Part shown: in pieces, positions 12,440 to 25,700 of the stretch
How positions within the stretch are numbered: position 1 is the first letter of the stretch
How the letters are laid out: every line of letters begins with the position of its first letter
Source of the DNA: Lama glama
Lineage: Eukaryota
Assembly: GCA_028534125.1 (NCBI GenBank)
Contig: CM052818.1
Coordinates: 8,124,001-8,188,000 of the forward strand
Reading direction: 5' to 3'
Length of the DNA: 64,000 nucleotides
Notes under the pieces: generated by a model
Databases searched by the model: none
What the model was told of the DNA's origin: nothing
The model's input: only the letters and a program-made list of their open reading frames with translations
Translations under genes and position numbers: made by a program

Positions 12440-14160
12440 CATAATAGCTAGATTGTTGCATGTATCCATTTCTTTTTATTACTGTGTAATATTCCATGGT
12501 ATGAATCTACCACAGTTTGTTTTACCATTCATCCATTGAAGACTGAAGTAGATCTGGGTTGTTTCCAGTTTGGGGCTATTATGAATAATGCTGCTATAAA
12601 CATTCATGTGTACGTTTTTATGTGAACATGTTTTCATTCCTCTGGGATAAATGCCCAGGAGTGAAGTTGTTGGGTTACATGGTAGATACAGGTTTAGTCA
12701 TTTGAGAAAATGTCAGTGTCTTTCAGAGTGGCTGTATTTTATGCTCCCACCAGCAATAAGTGAATGATTTAATTTCTCCACAATCTTACCAGCTTTTGAT
12801 GTTGCCACTGTTTTATATTTTAGCCATTCTAAGAGGTGTGTAGTGGTATCTCCTTTTGGCCTCAATTTCCATTGTCCAGATGGATAATGATGTTAAATCT
12901 GTTCATACAATTATTTGACCTTAGTAGATCCATTTTGATGAAATGTCTCTTAATATCTTTTCTCTATTTTCTAACCTTTTTTTTTTAACTATTAAGTTTT
13001 GAGAGTTCTTTATTCTGATACTTACCCTTTGTCAGATATGTGGTTTCCAAGTATTTTCTCCCAGTCTGTAGCTTGTCTTTCTATCCTCTTATCAGGCTGT
13101 TTGGCAGAGTGAAAATGATTAATTGTGATAAAATCCATAGATCGATTTTTTTCTTTTATTAATAGTACTTTAGGCATTAAGTCTATGTCTTTGCCTAGTT
13201 CCATATACTAAAGACTTAGTCTTATCTTTTTGTCTAAAAATTGTACAGTGTTACATTTTTACATTTTTTAAGACCATAATCTATTTTGAATCAATTTCTG
13301 CATAAATGAGAGAATTGGGGTAAGGTTCTCTTTTTTCCCTCTGATACTCAGTTGTTCCAGCACCATTTATTGAAAAGATCATCCTTCCTCCATTGCATTG
13401 CTTTTGCACCTTTGTCAAAATCAGTTGGGCATATCTGTGTGGGCCTATACCTGGTTTCTCTATTTTATTCCATTGACATATATATCTGTCCTTCTGTCAA
13501 TACTACAGAGTCTTGATTACTGTAACAATATGAGTCTTGAAATCAGGTAGACTGCTTTCTCTCATTTTAATTTTTTCTTCGAAATATTTTGCTATTCTAA
13601 TTCCTTTGTCTTTCCATATAAATTTTAGCATGATCGTTTCTAAATCCTCAAAATATCTTGCTTTGATTTTGATAGGAATTGTGCTTTACTTATTTATATA
13701 AATATTGGGAGAATTGGCATCTTTACTATGTTGAATTTCCAATCCACAAATATGGTATGTCTCTCCATTTATTTAGGTCTTTGATTTTTTTCACCAGCAT
13801 TTTGTACTTTTCAGCATACAAATTCTATACAATTTTGTTAGACTTACATGTAAGTATATTTCCTGAAAGACTATAAGTGGTATTGTATTTTTAATTTCAT
13901 TGTCCACATGTTCATTGTTATTATATATAGAAATACAATTGGTATTTCTATGGTGATTGATTCTGTGGTCTTGATGAATTCAGTTACTGATTTTTAGGAG
14001 ATATTTTGCAGATTCCCTTTTATTTCCCTTTCTTCTCCTACTGCACTGGCTAGAACTTTCAGCACTTTTCTGAAAAGGAGTGGTTAGGTGGATATCTGTC
14101 TCTTATTCCCAGTATTACAGGAGAACATTCAGTCTTTCACCACTAAGAACAGTGTAGGCA
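12440..14160 (-). mobile_element. old L1 (L1MB/MC-type) ORF2 3' region
   Basis: gtttccagtttggggctattatgaataatgctgct...; ORF 13022-13204 is L1 ORF2-like (QATDWEKI). Confidence 0.85.
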
Positions 14161-15839
14161 GAATCTTCTCCAAATTTTTCTTTAGTTTTTGATAAAACCA
14201 TTCATTCAGTCAACAAATATTTCTTTACTTTCTGCCACCCACTATGCTGGGAGTGCAGAACAGAGCTCAAAGCTCTATCTTGTTTAATCTGTTGAGGCTG
14301 TAACCCCATGCTTAGTATAATTTAGGGCCAATAGTTAGTGATCAGTTTCAGTATACTCCAATTTATATGTTTATTACCTCACTTAGCTGTTTTGGCCAGT
14401 ATTACATTGTTTAGGCTTTATTATTTTATATGAGCCACTATGTAAATCTGACATAGTCTCCTTCCCCATCTTATCACTTTTATATAGTTTATTTCCTTTT
14501 CAGTGACTTTCCTGTAGTTACTCTTCAAGAACTTTAATCTCTTCTGACTACATGTCTAGGTGATTAAGGTCACTATGAATTCTGACCTGGTCTTTCTCAA
14601 AGCTAAATGTGATTTCTTCCTTTCTTCCATCTTATCCTGCCATGAAAACTCTCTACTGAGATCTGCAAGAGAGAAGAGGTACATATATTTAAATGATTAA
14701 CTAAGTTCCTGTCCCTAGAGTTAAAACTGTTGAGATATCACATCTGGACAATTGACAGGCATCATTAGAATGCAGTTCATTCTTACTGAGAGCTGTGACA
14801 TTGGGTTCTCTGAGCTGACTGTGTGTGTAGTTGTCCTGATAAGTCTGCTAAGTAGAACATGGCTTTCCTGTTAAGCCTAAATGATCAGTACAGTGAAAGA
14901 CCTACGGCTGGAATGGAAGAAAAGCTGCAGAGAATTATTGAAATAAAGGATGCAATTTGGCAGACTCGGGCTTGGGCAAAAGAAGTGTGAAACAACAGGT
15001 GCCATGGTTTGTTATCAGCATTTTTAATTAACATCTGTTTTTAGCCTGAAGCGCTTTGCTGAGAATGCTCCACTGTGTCTGTATTCAGAGATAAACAGAC
15101 AATTAAGAAGCAGCTAAGTAGTAAGAGGTTAATAAAACAAAGGTGTTCCTTGAGAGGAAAGAATATCAGAGATTACTCACTGGATATAGATGTCTAAGGG
15201 AAACCCTTGTTAAAACTGTGTTTTTAAGCCATTTATTTTGATATTTACTATTAAAGAAAGGCACAGTGAAAGATATGAGAAGACAAATCCATAGCAATAG
15301 AAGTGTTCACCTCTGTTTATACGTTGGCTTGGAAATTGAAGGTGGTTCAGAGGGGATTTTTGCTTCATCTGCATTGTTTGAATTTTGAAAAGGGGAAGAT
15401 GTTTGTGTATTAAGTTCATAGTTAAAAACAACCAAATCTTATGTCTGGCATAAAGGCATTGTGGCAATTCAAGAATTTTTCATGTTGGAAAAAATGGAAA
15501 GTATTTAGAAAAAAAAATTTTTTTAAGTCTATAAGGGTTTGGGCAAGAGAGTAAAACCAGTTTTCTTGAGTACCTTTTGTTCACTAATGTCATTCTAACA
15601 GTTGTGACTCTAACCATATGATATCAAGTGCTTAAATCTCCTTAACAACCACTAACCAAGACACAGGCTTCCATTATTTGGCCTTTAGTCTAATGAAAAA
15701 CTAAAGTTTGTTTTGGGGAAATTTTTTTCTTAGAAATGTTTAAATGGGCACTACTTTTTAACGTATTTATAAAGCTGCAAATCTGACTCTCCTAAGAAAT
15801 GTTATTCTTTAAAGTACAATTTAAGAAATTCTGGAATTT

Positions 15840-16290
15840 ACCTATCAAGAGGCATTTTGGTTTTTTTCCAGGTAGGGCTATTACAAATAAAGCTTTTATG
15901 AACATTCATGTACAGATTTTTGTGTAGATGTGAATTCTCACTTCTGTATGATAAATGCTCAGGAGTGCTTGCTGAGCCATACGCTATAGACTGTGTGTGT
16001 TTAGTTCCATAGGAAGCTGCCACACTGTTTTTAGAGTCGCTGTGTCATTTTGCATTCCTACCAGCTATGTGTCAGAATTCCATTTTCTCATAATCCTTGC
16101 CAACACTGTCACTGTTTTTTATTTAACTATTATAGTAGATGTGTAGTGATGTTTCATTGTGGTTTTTATTTGCATTTTCCTGATGACTAATGATGCTGAG
16201 GATCTTTTCATATGTTTATTTTCCATCTGTATATCCTGTGCTGAAATATCTTTTCATGTCCTTTGTCTGTTTTCTAATTGGATTATTTGA
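15840..16290 (-). mobile_element. old L1 fragment
   Basis: gtggtttttatttgcattttcctgatgactaatgatgctgag, antisense ORF2 end. Confidence 0.8.
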
Positions 16291-16310
16291 AAACAAACTT
16301 TTAAAACTTT

Positions 16311-16430
16311 GGGGGAGGATACAGCTCACTGGTAGAACACATGCTTAGCATGCACAAGGTCCTGGATTCAGCCCCCAGTACCACCGTTAAAAAGTAAACA
16401 AACTTAATCCCCCTGCAAAAATAAATAAAA
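16311..16430 (+). mobile_element. tRNA-derived SINE (Vic-1-like)
   Basis: gggggaggatacagctcactggtagaacacatgcttagcatgcacaaggtcctggattc plus A-rich tail. Confidence 0.85.
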
Positions 16431-17429
16431 AGTTTATAGATGTGCTTTGGAAATACAAGTTTATACTTTGTAAGCATGAGAGAAATATTACGAGACTATT
16501 AGGTGACATTGCAGATGCTTAAATGTACATGCAGAAACCAGAATGATATGGTTGGATAATGCTAAGATCCAAACATTGGGGTGATAGTTAACATAAGAGA
16601 TGGGGAGGGGAGGAAGTGGAGAAAGAAAGGGAAGAAGAGAGGGAATAGAGAGAGAATATTGGGGCAGAAAGTTACAGATACAGAGAGAGAGATTAGGAAG
16701 AATGAAGAAGAAGGTTAAGTAAGAGAGAAAAAGGCTCCAAAGAGGAATATGTCAAAGCTAAGTACCCCTAGGAACAAAGGCTTTTCTCAAGGGGCAGAGT
16801 ATCTCCAGGCCTAATGGGAAGTGGAGACTGAGGTAAACTGTATAGAATTTGGGAGATTTTTTTAATGGGTTGTAACATGCAAAGCAGAGAAGAATCTGAC
16901 TTCCTCTGAATTATATCTAAGCATCTGATTGGTGAGTTGGAGAACTGGAGTCACCCCAGTTCTACCAAAGACTAATAAGTGACAAGTTCTCTGTCTGTAA
17001 AATGGGGAATGAAATCACCTGCCTCTCTTTATCTCTTGGAATTGTTGTATCCAATAAAGCAGCTACCAGAAAACTTTTACATCTGTAAGGTATTCTACAA
17101 ATAAAAATTATGATTGCTTATTTTAAAAATCATGGAAAATAGCAGGACTGAAATAGCAAATGAATGCAAATACATCCGTGATTTTTAAAAAGTACTTTGC
17201 TAATTTTTATTAAAAAAGAGCTAGTGCAGTACTAGTTTTTCATTGGTATAACTATTAGATACCAACTAGGACATAGCAGGAGTCGGTAAATTCATGTCAG
17301 AGTCACCTTATTTGTAAGGAATGAACACAAGCTTCCAAGGCACAGAGCTAACATCCTCAGATTGGAGAATGTCATCCCTGTATGTGTGACCCTAGTCTTA
17401 CTAGGAGCAAGGAAAAGGGCTTTTGTTTT

Positions 17430-17670
17430 AAGAAAATTCCACAGAGTGGCTTATAAACAACAGAAATTCATTTCTCATAGTTCTGGAAGTTGGAAAATCC
17501 AAGATCAAGGCACTAGCATGGTCACGATCTGGTGAGGACCTTCGTCCATGTTCACAGCCAGCACCTTCTCTCTGTGTCCTCACATGGAAAGGGTTTAGGA
17601 ATCTCTCTAAGGACTCTTTTATAAGGGCATTAATTCTGTTGATGAGGGCTCTGCACCCTATAGTTATAAG
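17430..17670 (-). mobile_element. MLT1 (MaLR) LTR fragment
   Basis: gtggcttataaacaacagaaattcatttctcatagttctggaagttggaaaatccaagatcaagg. Confidence 0.85.
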
Positions 17671-17865
17671 CACCCTATAAAAGTGAATGTACTTATAGTT
17701 GACAGTGTAGTTCATGTTAACTTTTGAATGATACTAATTTTAAAATTTGTAGGGTTCAAAATGATGGAATGTAGGGACCCTAACATCCTATAAAAGCCAA
17801 AGAAGGAGCTGGTTTGTTTCTTCTGTGGTATAAAGTCAAACATGGAAGCTCTTTGATTCCTTTTT

Positions 17866-19796
17866 TCCCAACTGCAAAGCAATTTTATTTAAAAAAATTA
17901 TTGACATATAGTTGATTTAGTGTTGTGCTAGTTTCAGGTGTACAGCACTGATTCATTTATATATATGTGTACATATACTTTTTCAGATTCTTTTCCAGTA
18001 TAGGTTATTACAAGATATTGAATATAGTTCCATGTGCCATATAGTAGGTCCTTATTATCTGTTTTATACATAGTAGTGTATGTATGTTAATCCCAAACTC
18101 CTAATTTATCCTTCCACTCCTTTTCCCCTTTGATAACCATTAGGTTGTTTTCAATGTCTGTGAGTCTGTTTCTGGTTTATAAATAAGTTCATTAGTATCA
18201 TTTTTTCTTAGATTCCACATATAAGAGATATCATGTGATATTTGTCTTTCTCTGACTTCACTTAATATGATGATCTCTAGGTCCATCCATGTTGCTGAAA
18301 ATGTATTATTTCATTCTTTTTTATGGCTGGAATACAATATTCCAGTGTGTTTGTGTGTATGTACATATACATATCTTTTATCCATTTATCTGTAGATGGA
18401 CATTTAGGTTGTTTCCATATCTTGACTACTGTGGATAGTGCTGCTATGAACATTGGGGTGTATGCATCTTTTCAAATTATTCTTCTCTGGATATATGCCC
18501 AGGAGTGGGATTGCTGGATAATGCAGTAACTCTAATTTTCATTTTTCAAGGAACCCTCACACTATTCTCCATAGTGGCTGCACCAATTTACATTCCCAAC
18601 AACAGTGTAGGAGGGTTCCCTTTTCTCCACATCCTCTCCAGCATTTATTATTTGTAGACTTCTTAATCATGGCCATTCTGACTGGTGAGGTAAGTTTTCA
18701 TTTGCATCTCTCTAATAATCACAGATATTGAGCATCTTTTCATGTGTCTGTTGGCCATCTGTACATCTTCTTTGGAGAACGTCTATTTAGATCTTCTGTC
18801 CATTTTTTTGATTGGACAGATGGCCTGAAAATTAGACCAATATCACTGATGAACACAGATGCAAAAACTCTCAATAAAATGCTAGCAAACCAAATCCAAC
18901 AATACGTTAAAACGGTCATTCATCATGATCAAATGGGATTTATCCCAGGGATGCAGGGATTTTTCAATATCTGCAAATCAGTCAGTGTGATACACCACAT
19001 TAACAAATTTAAGAATAAAAACCATATCATCATCTCAACAGATGCTGAAAAAAAACATTTGATAAAATTCAACATCCATTTATGATAAAAACTCTCCAGA
19101 AAGTGAGCACAGATGGAACATACCTCAACATAATAAAGTCCATATATGACAAAGCCACAGCTAACATCATACTCAACAGTGAAAAGCTGAAAGCATTTCC
19201 TCTAACATCAAGAACAAGACAAGGATGCCTACTCTCACCACTTATATTCAACATAGTTTTGCCATAGCAATCTGAGAAGAAAAATAAATGAATCCAAATT
19301 GAAAAAGTAGAAGTAAAACTGTCTGCAAATTTCACTGTTTGCAGATGACATGATATTATACTTAAAAAATCCTTAAGACTGTATCAGAAAACTACCAGAG
19401 CCCACCAATTAATTCAGTAAAGTTTCTGTTGCATTTCTATACACTAACCATGAACTGTCAGAAAAAGAAATTAAGGAAACAATCCCATTTACCACTGCAT
19501 CAAAAAAAAAAATACCTGGTAATAAACCAACCTAAGGAGGCAAAAGAGTTGTACCCCAAAAACTTTATGACACTGATGAAAGACACCGAAGATGACACAA
19601 ACAATGGAAAGATATACTGTGTTCTTGGATTAGAAGACTCAATATTATTAAAATGACCATACTACCCAAGGCCAACTTACAGATTCAATGCAATCCCTAT
19701 CAAATTACCAATAGCATCTTTCACAGAACTAGAACAAAAATTTTTAAAATTTGTATGGAAACACAAAGACGGTGAATAGCTAAAACAACTTTGATC
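17866..19796 (-). mobile_element. L1 with 5' inversion (twin priming): 3' part on minus strand 17866-18820, inverted RT part on plus strand 18822-19796
   Basis: Plus part encodes [11 protein letters not shown]...[13 protein letters not shown] and [18 protein letters not shown] attccttttt at 17856 and 19797. Confidence 0.85.
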
Positions 19797-20021
19797 ATTC
19801 CTTTTTAATGAATTCAACATGGCATTTCTGATCTTGAATTCAGAAAACCTAAGGACCAGAGACATAGTGAAGAAGAAGGACTATATGCCTACAGCACATA
19901 ATTCATTCTTTTCTAGTGGGATTAGAGGAGCATTGTGGTAGAGGATTCAAGTTTTGGAGGCAGGCTCCCTGGTTTCAAGTTCTGCTGCACGAGTGAGTAG
20001 CTATGGGACCTTGAGCAAGTG

Positions 20022-20514
20022 TAGGGTTGTCAGATTTATTTAGCAAATAAAAGTAAACAATGTCTCATTAAATTTGAAGTTCACATAATAAATAATTTTC
20101 TAGTACAGGCATACCATGGAGGTTTTGTGGGGTTCAGTTCCAGACCACTGCAATAAAGCAAATATCACAAAGTGAGTCACACAATTTTTTTGGTTTCCCA
20201 GTGGATATAAAAGTTATACTATATAGTAGTCTGTTAAGTGTGCAGTATAATTGTATCTTAAAAATAATGTCCATACCTTTAATTAAAAATAATGTTGTTA
20301 GAAAAATGGCACCAATAGACTTGCTTGATACAGGGTTGCCACAAACCTTGAGTTTGTTTAAAAAAATGCAATATCTAATAAGCACAATAAAATAAGGTAT
20401 GCTTGTATACATATGCCCCAAATATTGCATCGGGTATACTTATACAAAAGAATTATTCATTACCTATCTGAAACTCATATTAACTGAATGTTCTATATTT
20501 TATCTGACAGCCTT
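20022..20514. mobile_element. MER53 palindromic hAT MITE, interrupted by Tigger
   Basis: tagggttgtcagattt...aaatttgaa at left; tatctgaaac...tatctgacagcctt at right. Confidence 0.8.
20106..20405 (-). mobile_element. Tigger1-derived non-autonomous element, 300 bp
   Basis: Terminal inverted repeats caggcatacc / ggtatgcttg, TA TSD. Confidence 0.9.
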
Positions 20515-21699
20515 TACTTAATGTCTCTGTGCTTGAGTTTTCTCATTGGTTAAAATGGGGATAATAAGAATACCAACCTGATAGGGATGCTGTGAGGATT
20601 ACATGGACTAATATATATATAGTATTTAGAATAGTAACTAGTACAGAGTCCTCAATCAATGATAATTGCTGTTACTATTGTTACCCTTGGTGGTGTTGAT
20701 GGGGTTTTAATATTTACTGAAGATACTTTTTCTGAGACCTGCTGTTGTCGGCTATGATGATTAACTGGTAACAGGCTGGCCTATCACCACAGACAACTAT
20801 TAAACTGAACAAAATACACTTAAAATTTATTTTTAGAGATGGAATGATTGAAAGTGTGGGCAGTCATCCCTGAGAATGACAAACAATGTCAGTCTTACAG
20901 TCTCCCAATTTTGTGATAGGAGGCATTTTTTACACCAGAGAGCAAGGAGGGGAAACTCAAGCAGAACATGGCACTTTGTTGACTTGGTCAGAGTTCAGGG
21001 AAGATAAGACAGCTGGAATTTGCCAGAGAAGCAGGTGTTGTGCAGAGAAAGAGCCCCAGAAATCTACATAAGGATCACCTTGAGTGTTTGGCTGAACACT
21101 AAGCTGTGCATGCACAGACTCATGAGGCTGGGCAAAGGACAATGACATGTCGATGTCTCCCAGAAATCCCTGCTGTGTCATTTATTGGCTGTGGGGACTG
21201 TTAGCCTCAATGTAGATGCAGTGATGAATTTCAGAACATATCAGCTACAGCTGTTGGTATATTTTTTTCCCTGAAGTTCAGAGATCTGAGAGGTGAATTC
21301 TGGTGATTACCACTGTCTACTCTTTGGCTATCCCACATAGGTTCAGAGAGCAGCTACTCCATGGAAATTGGGGACAAAATAGGAGGTTATTGAGATAAAC
21401 TGCATCCACTCTCGCTGCAGCTCATCTTGTGGCTGCAAAAATACTCATCCTCTCCTTCTAGTAACCACTTTATTTCTTCTTGTACTGTTTGCTGTGGCAC
21501 TCAGCATTTTCACTGGCCATGTTTTTTCTCAGGCTTCTAAGAGCAATTCCAGAAGCAATTTAAAGCATTCTTTTGGATCCTTGATAGGATATTGATTCAG
21601 TGTCCTGAAAAAATGTCTCCCACAGAAATGAATTCTTATTTATCCAGCGTTCCATTCCAACTCCCTGTTCTTGTTGGTACATGCTAGCTAATTCTTTCA

Positions 21700-24650
21700 A
21701 CTCTTTGTGTGTGGTCTTTTAGCCCAGTACGTCGAACATGTTATTCGACTGTTTTCTTGAGATTATTCTACTAGTTTTTCTAAATTATTAAGTGGGATAT
21801 TTAGCTCATCAGTTTTTAACCTTCTTTTCTAATATAAGCACTTAAAGCTATGAATATACATTCAAGTGTCTTGTTTGCTCAAGTTTTTCATTTATTTCTA
21901 AGTATTTTAAAATTTATATTATGATTTTCCTTTGACTAGTGACTTTAATTTCTAAATGCATATGGATTTATTGCTTATCTTTTTGTCAAAACTGCACTGT
22001 TAACATATTCGTTATATATATACTCCTTAGAATTTATTGAGATGTGGTTTTTTACTTACCACATGATATAATTTTGTAAGGATTCCATGTGTTTAAGAAA
22101 GATGTGTATTTGGTAATTTTTTAGTGAAAAGTTCTATATATCCAATAAATCCAGTTTTTTAACTATGTTATTTAAGACTTCTCTTTCTTTACTAATTTTT
22201 CTTACTGCTTGGTTTAGCAAAAAAGTCCGAGATAACTTTTGAAATTTCCCTCTTTGTTGGTGGGCTCATTTATTTTAATTCTGTCAGAATTTTGCTCTGT
22301 ATATTTTTTAGTCTTTTATTAAATGCATCCAATTTTAGAATCTCTGCATCTTCCTGGAGACTTGAAACTTTGACTGTTTTGTTCTTACCCTTCCTATCTC
22401 TAATAATTTTTTTCTAAAAAACCATTTATCTGGTTATGTAGCCACCTTAGCTTTTTTAAAAGATAGCTTTATTAAGGTTTATCTACCATAAAATTTATTC
22501 ATTTAAGTCTACAATTTAATGATTTTTAGTAAATTTGCAGATTTGTAAACCATTACTTTGATCTAATTTTAAAACATCTTCATCCTAAGAAGATCCCTCA
22601 TGCCCATTTGCCGTCACTCCCTGTTCCCAACCCTACTCAACCACTAATGTACTTTGTCTCTGTAGATTTGTCTTTTGCGGACATTTCATATAAATAGAAC
22701 CATACAATATATGGTATGTTGCTTCTTTCACTATTAACATAATTTTTTTTAGTTCATCTGTGTTGCACTATGTCTCAATACTTCATTTCTATTTATTGCT
22801 GAAAGTTATTCTGTTTGGATATATCATGTTCATTCATTCATCAGTTAATTGTCTTTAGGACTGTTTTTACTTTTAAGCTATTATGAATAATGTCCCTGTG
22901 AATATGTGTGTGTAATTCATTCTGTGGGATGTTTTCATTTCTAGGAATTGCTGTGGAATTGAGTGTAATAATATGTCCGTGTTTAATGTTTAAAGAAACT
23001 GCTGAACTTTTTTCCAAAGTTTTACATTTTCTTTAAAAATATCCTAAGATTAATTTTTATTAGTGTTTGATATATTTTTTTCTAGCCTTTTACTTTTAAC
23101 CTTCTTTGTCTTTGTGATTTAGATGTGGCTTTTATAAATAATATATAACTGGATTTTACCTTTCCGGTCTGAATCTGTCTTTAAACTGGGGAGTTTAGTC
23201 CATTTACATGATTATTTTTATAAGAGCTGATGCTATCTTCCTTTGTGCTTTCTGTCTGTCCCATTTTCCTATGTTCCTTTGTTTTTTGTTTTTTTAAATA
23301 CTTCTTGAATTTTTTCTCCAGTTCTCTTACCCTCATCCCCTACTCTACCTGTAGTACTGTTTAAGCAATCTATAATCTTTTAATGGTTACTACTGAAATT
23401 TGCCTATGCATAGTTACCAAAATCAAACATTAATATTTTCAGCAGTGTAAAAAGCCAAAGACTTTAGCATGTTGACTCCGTTCTGATTTGCATGATTTTG
23501 ACAATTAATATTTTCTGATCTGAATATTAAAACGTTTGTGTATGTTTGTGTGCATGTATATTTGTGTATTTATCTACCTGTATGTTACCCAGTTTTTTTT
23601 GTTGTTTGTTTTTTTTTAAAAGCCATTCCTTCTTGCTTCTCAGACTTTCCTTCTGGGATCATTTTTCTTTTTCCTGAGATTTGTTCTCTAGAATTCCCTT
23701 TATTGAAGGTCGTAAATGCTTTCAGTTTTTCTGTATCTGAAAGTGCCTTTATTTTGCTTTCATTTTTGAGAGTTCCACTGTTAAATTTTACAAGATTAAT
23801 GCATGTTTTCTCTCCGTAATTTGAAGAAACGTTTCTACTGTCTTCTATCTTCAATTGTTGCCATTGAGAGGTTTGTTGTCAGTTATTTACAGATCCTTTG
23901 TAGGTGATCTGTCTTCTCTCTGGCAGTTCTTAAGATTTTTGAAGGGGGTGGGAATTCTGCATTTCCATTACAAATGTGCCTAATTATAGATTCTTTTTGA
24001 CTTGTCCTGCTTAATATATTGTTCCTCTTGTGTTTACTGATTCATATCATTTATCAGCTCTGGAAATTCTTAGCCTTTTACTTAATTCCCTGATTAGACA
24101 TGTTAGACTTTTTCATGTTCTCTCTGCATTGCTTAACCTCTCTATATTTTTATCTCTTGTCTCTCTGTGCAACACTTATAACTCCTTACTTATGCATCTT
24201 TTACTTCTCTAATTCTTTGTGCCTATTATTTACCTTCAATTCAGTTTTTCATTTCTAAAAGTTCTATTTTATTCTTTAAAAATTCTACTTGGTAGTTTTT
24301 ATTGTATCTTGTTGAATGCTTATTTCTCACTGCATCATTATTTCTTTTGTAAATTTTTTAAAATTTATTTATTAATTTTCATTTTTTTCCCTTATCAGAC
24401 TGGGGATTGAACCCAAGGCCTTGTGCACACCAACCACTTTACTGCTGAGCTATACTCCCTAGCTCCCCATCATAAATTCTTTATATATCTTATGCTGAAT
24501 TATGTTATTTTCTAAATTTAATAATTCAATGATCTGAAATCCCTGGAGAAGTAAATCTGTGTTTATTTTCTAATTTTCCATCACAGTGACTTGTTTTCTT
24601 TTGTATTTGGTGATCTTTGATTGTGAGCACCCTGGTGGCTTCTATCAAAA
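21700..24650 (-). mobile_element. ancient L1M/L1ME fragments with a nested L1MB-type 3' end (about 22455-23030)
   Basis: T-rich antisense ORF1/ORF2-like sequence; ORF 23585-23854 is decayed L1 ORF1 C-terminus. Confidence 0.65.
24395..24467 (-). mobile_element. tRNA-derived SINE or tRNA-like pseudogene
   Basis: Minus strand gggagtatagctcagcagtaaagtggttggtgtgcacaaggccttgggttcaatccccagt plus A-rich tail. Confidence 0.7.
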
Positions 24651-25150
24651 GTGCTTTAATTCAGATATGAATTTTTTTTAATTGTTTCCTCCAAAGTTAG
24701 GAGCACTAATGACCTGGGAACATTTTAGCCCCTGGCTTAATCAGAAGTCTCAGACTTAGCACCTTTACCCTGAGACTTGTTTAGCCAGTCTTTTGAAGGT
24801 GATAGACCAGAGTAGTTCTGCCTTCCTCTCAAGGCCCATATTTGCTCTCTGCTCTATATAGTTTCAATTGAAGTGCTTTGTGGTTGGTTGGTTATATTTT
24901 TTACTGACATTTTGGTACCCTTGGATATTTCCTTATTTTTTTTTTTAGCATCCTGTGTTGTACTTTAACATATATTTTATAAGCAATTTAGTTGGGAGTT
25001 CTCTTTGGTATTTTTGATTGATCATATTGCTAGATGCCAATGCCGATTCTTTTATTTTATCATAATGTTAATCATTACCTCTCACCTAGAAAGAAGAGTA
25101 CCTCCCAATCTGTCCCCCTTAATTTCACTCCTTCCAATTTCAGATTATTT

Positions 25151-25152
25151 TA

Positions 25153-25187
<35 letters not shown>

Positions 25188-25228
25188 GGGTGTGTATATG
25201 TGTGTGTGTGTGTGCATATATATATATA
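25151..25228. repeat. compound microsatellite (TA)n(TATG)n(TG)n(TA)n
   Basis: Read directly from sequence. Confidence 0.95.
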
Positions 25229-25239
25229 TTTGCCAAACT

Positions 25240-25700
25240 GATGCATCAGTGGACATATGAGACATGTTAAATTTGAGATACCTGGAAATAAAAGTTTGGA
25301 GCTCAGGAAATAACTAGATTCTAGACATCTGTGTGTCACTGATACAATTATCAGTGCCATAGGAATGGCTAGGGTTACTGGAAAGACTGGAATGAGTGAG
25401 TATAAATAAAAGAGGACCACAGAATGCCAGCTTCATGGAGTAGCTAGAGAAAAATGAACTAAAGAACGAAAATAAGACGATGAAATCTAAGAAATGGGAA
25501 AAACAATGAATCTCCAAATGCAAAAATGGATTTCTAAATGCAGGGAAAGAGGATTTCAAGGAGGGGATGTTTATAGCTTCAGATGTCACCAAAAGGACAC
25601 ACAAGAACTTATCTTTCAGTGTGATCATTAGGAGCTGGATGATTACTATTGCTAGAAAGTTTCAGTAGAGTTGTAACAAGTGTAAAATGGCAGTGAATGT
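25240..25700 (-). mobile_element. L2 fragment
   Basis: gtttggagctcaggaaa...ctagaaagtttcagtagagttg. Confidence 0.55.

Larger units (their letters stand above)
19928..20685 (+). mobile_element. MIR SINE interrupted by MER53
   Basis: …gctatgggaccttgagcaagt [insert] tacttaatgtctctgtgcttgagttttctcattggttaaaatggggataata. Confidence 0.8.
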
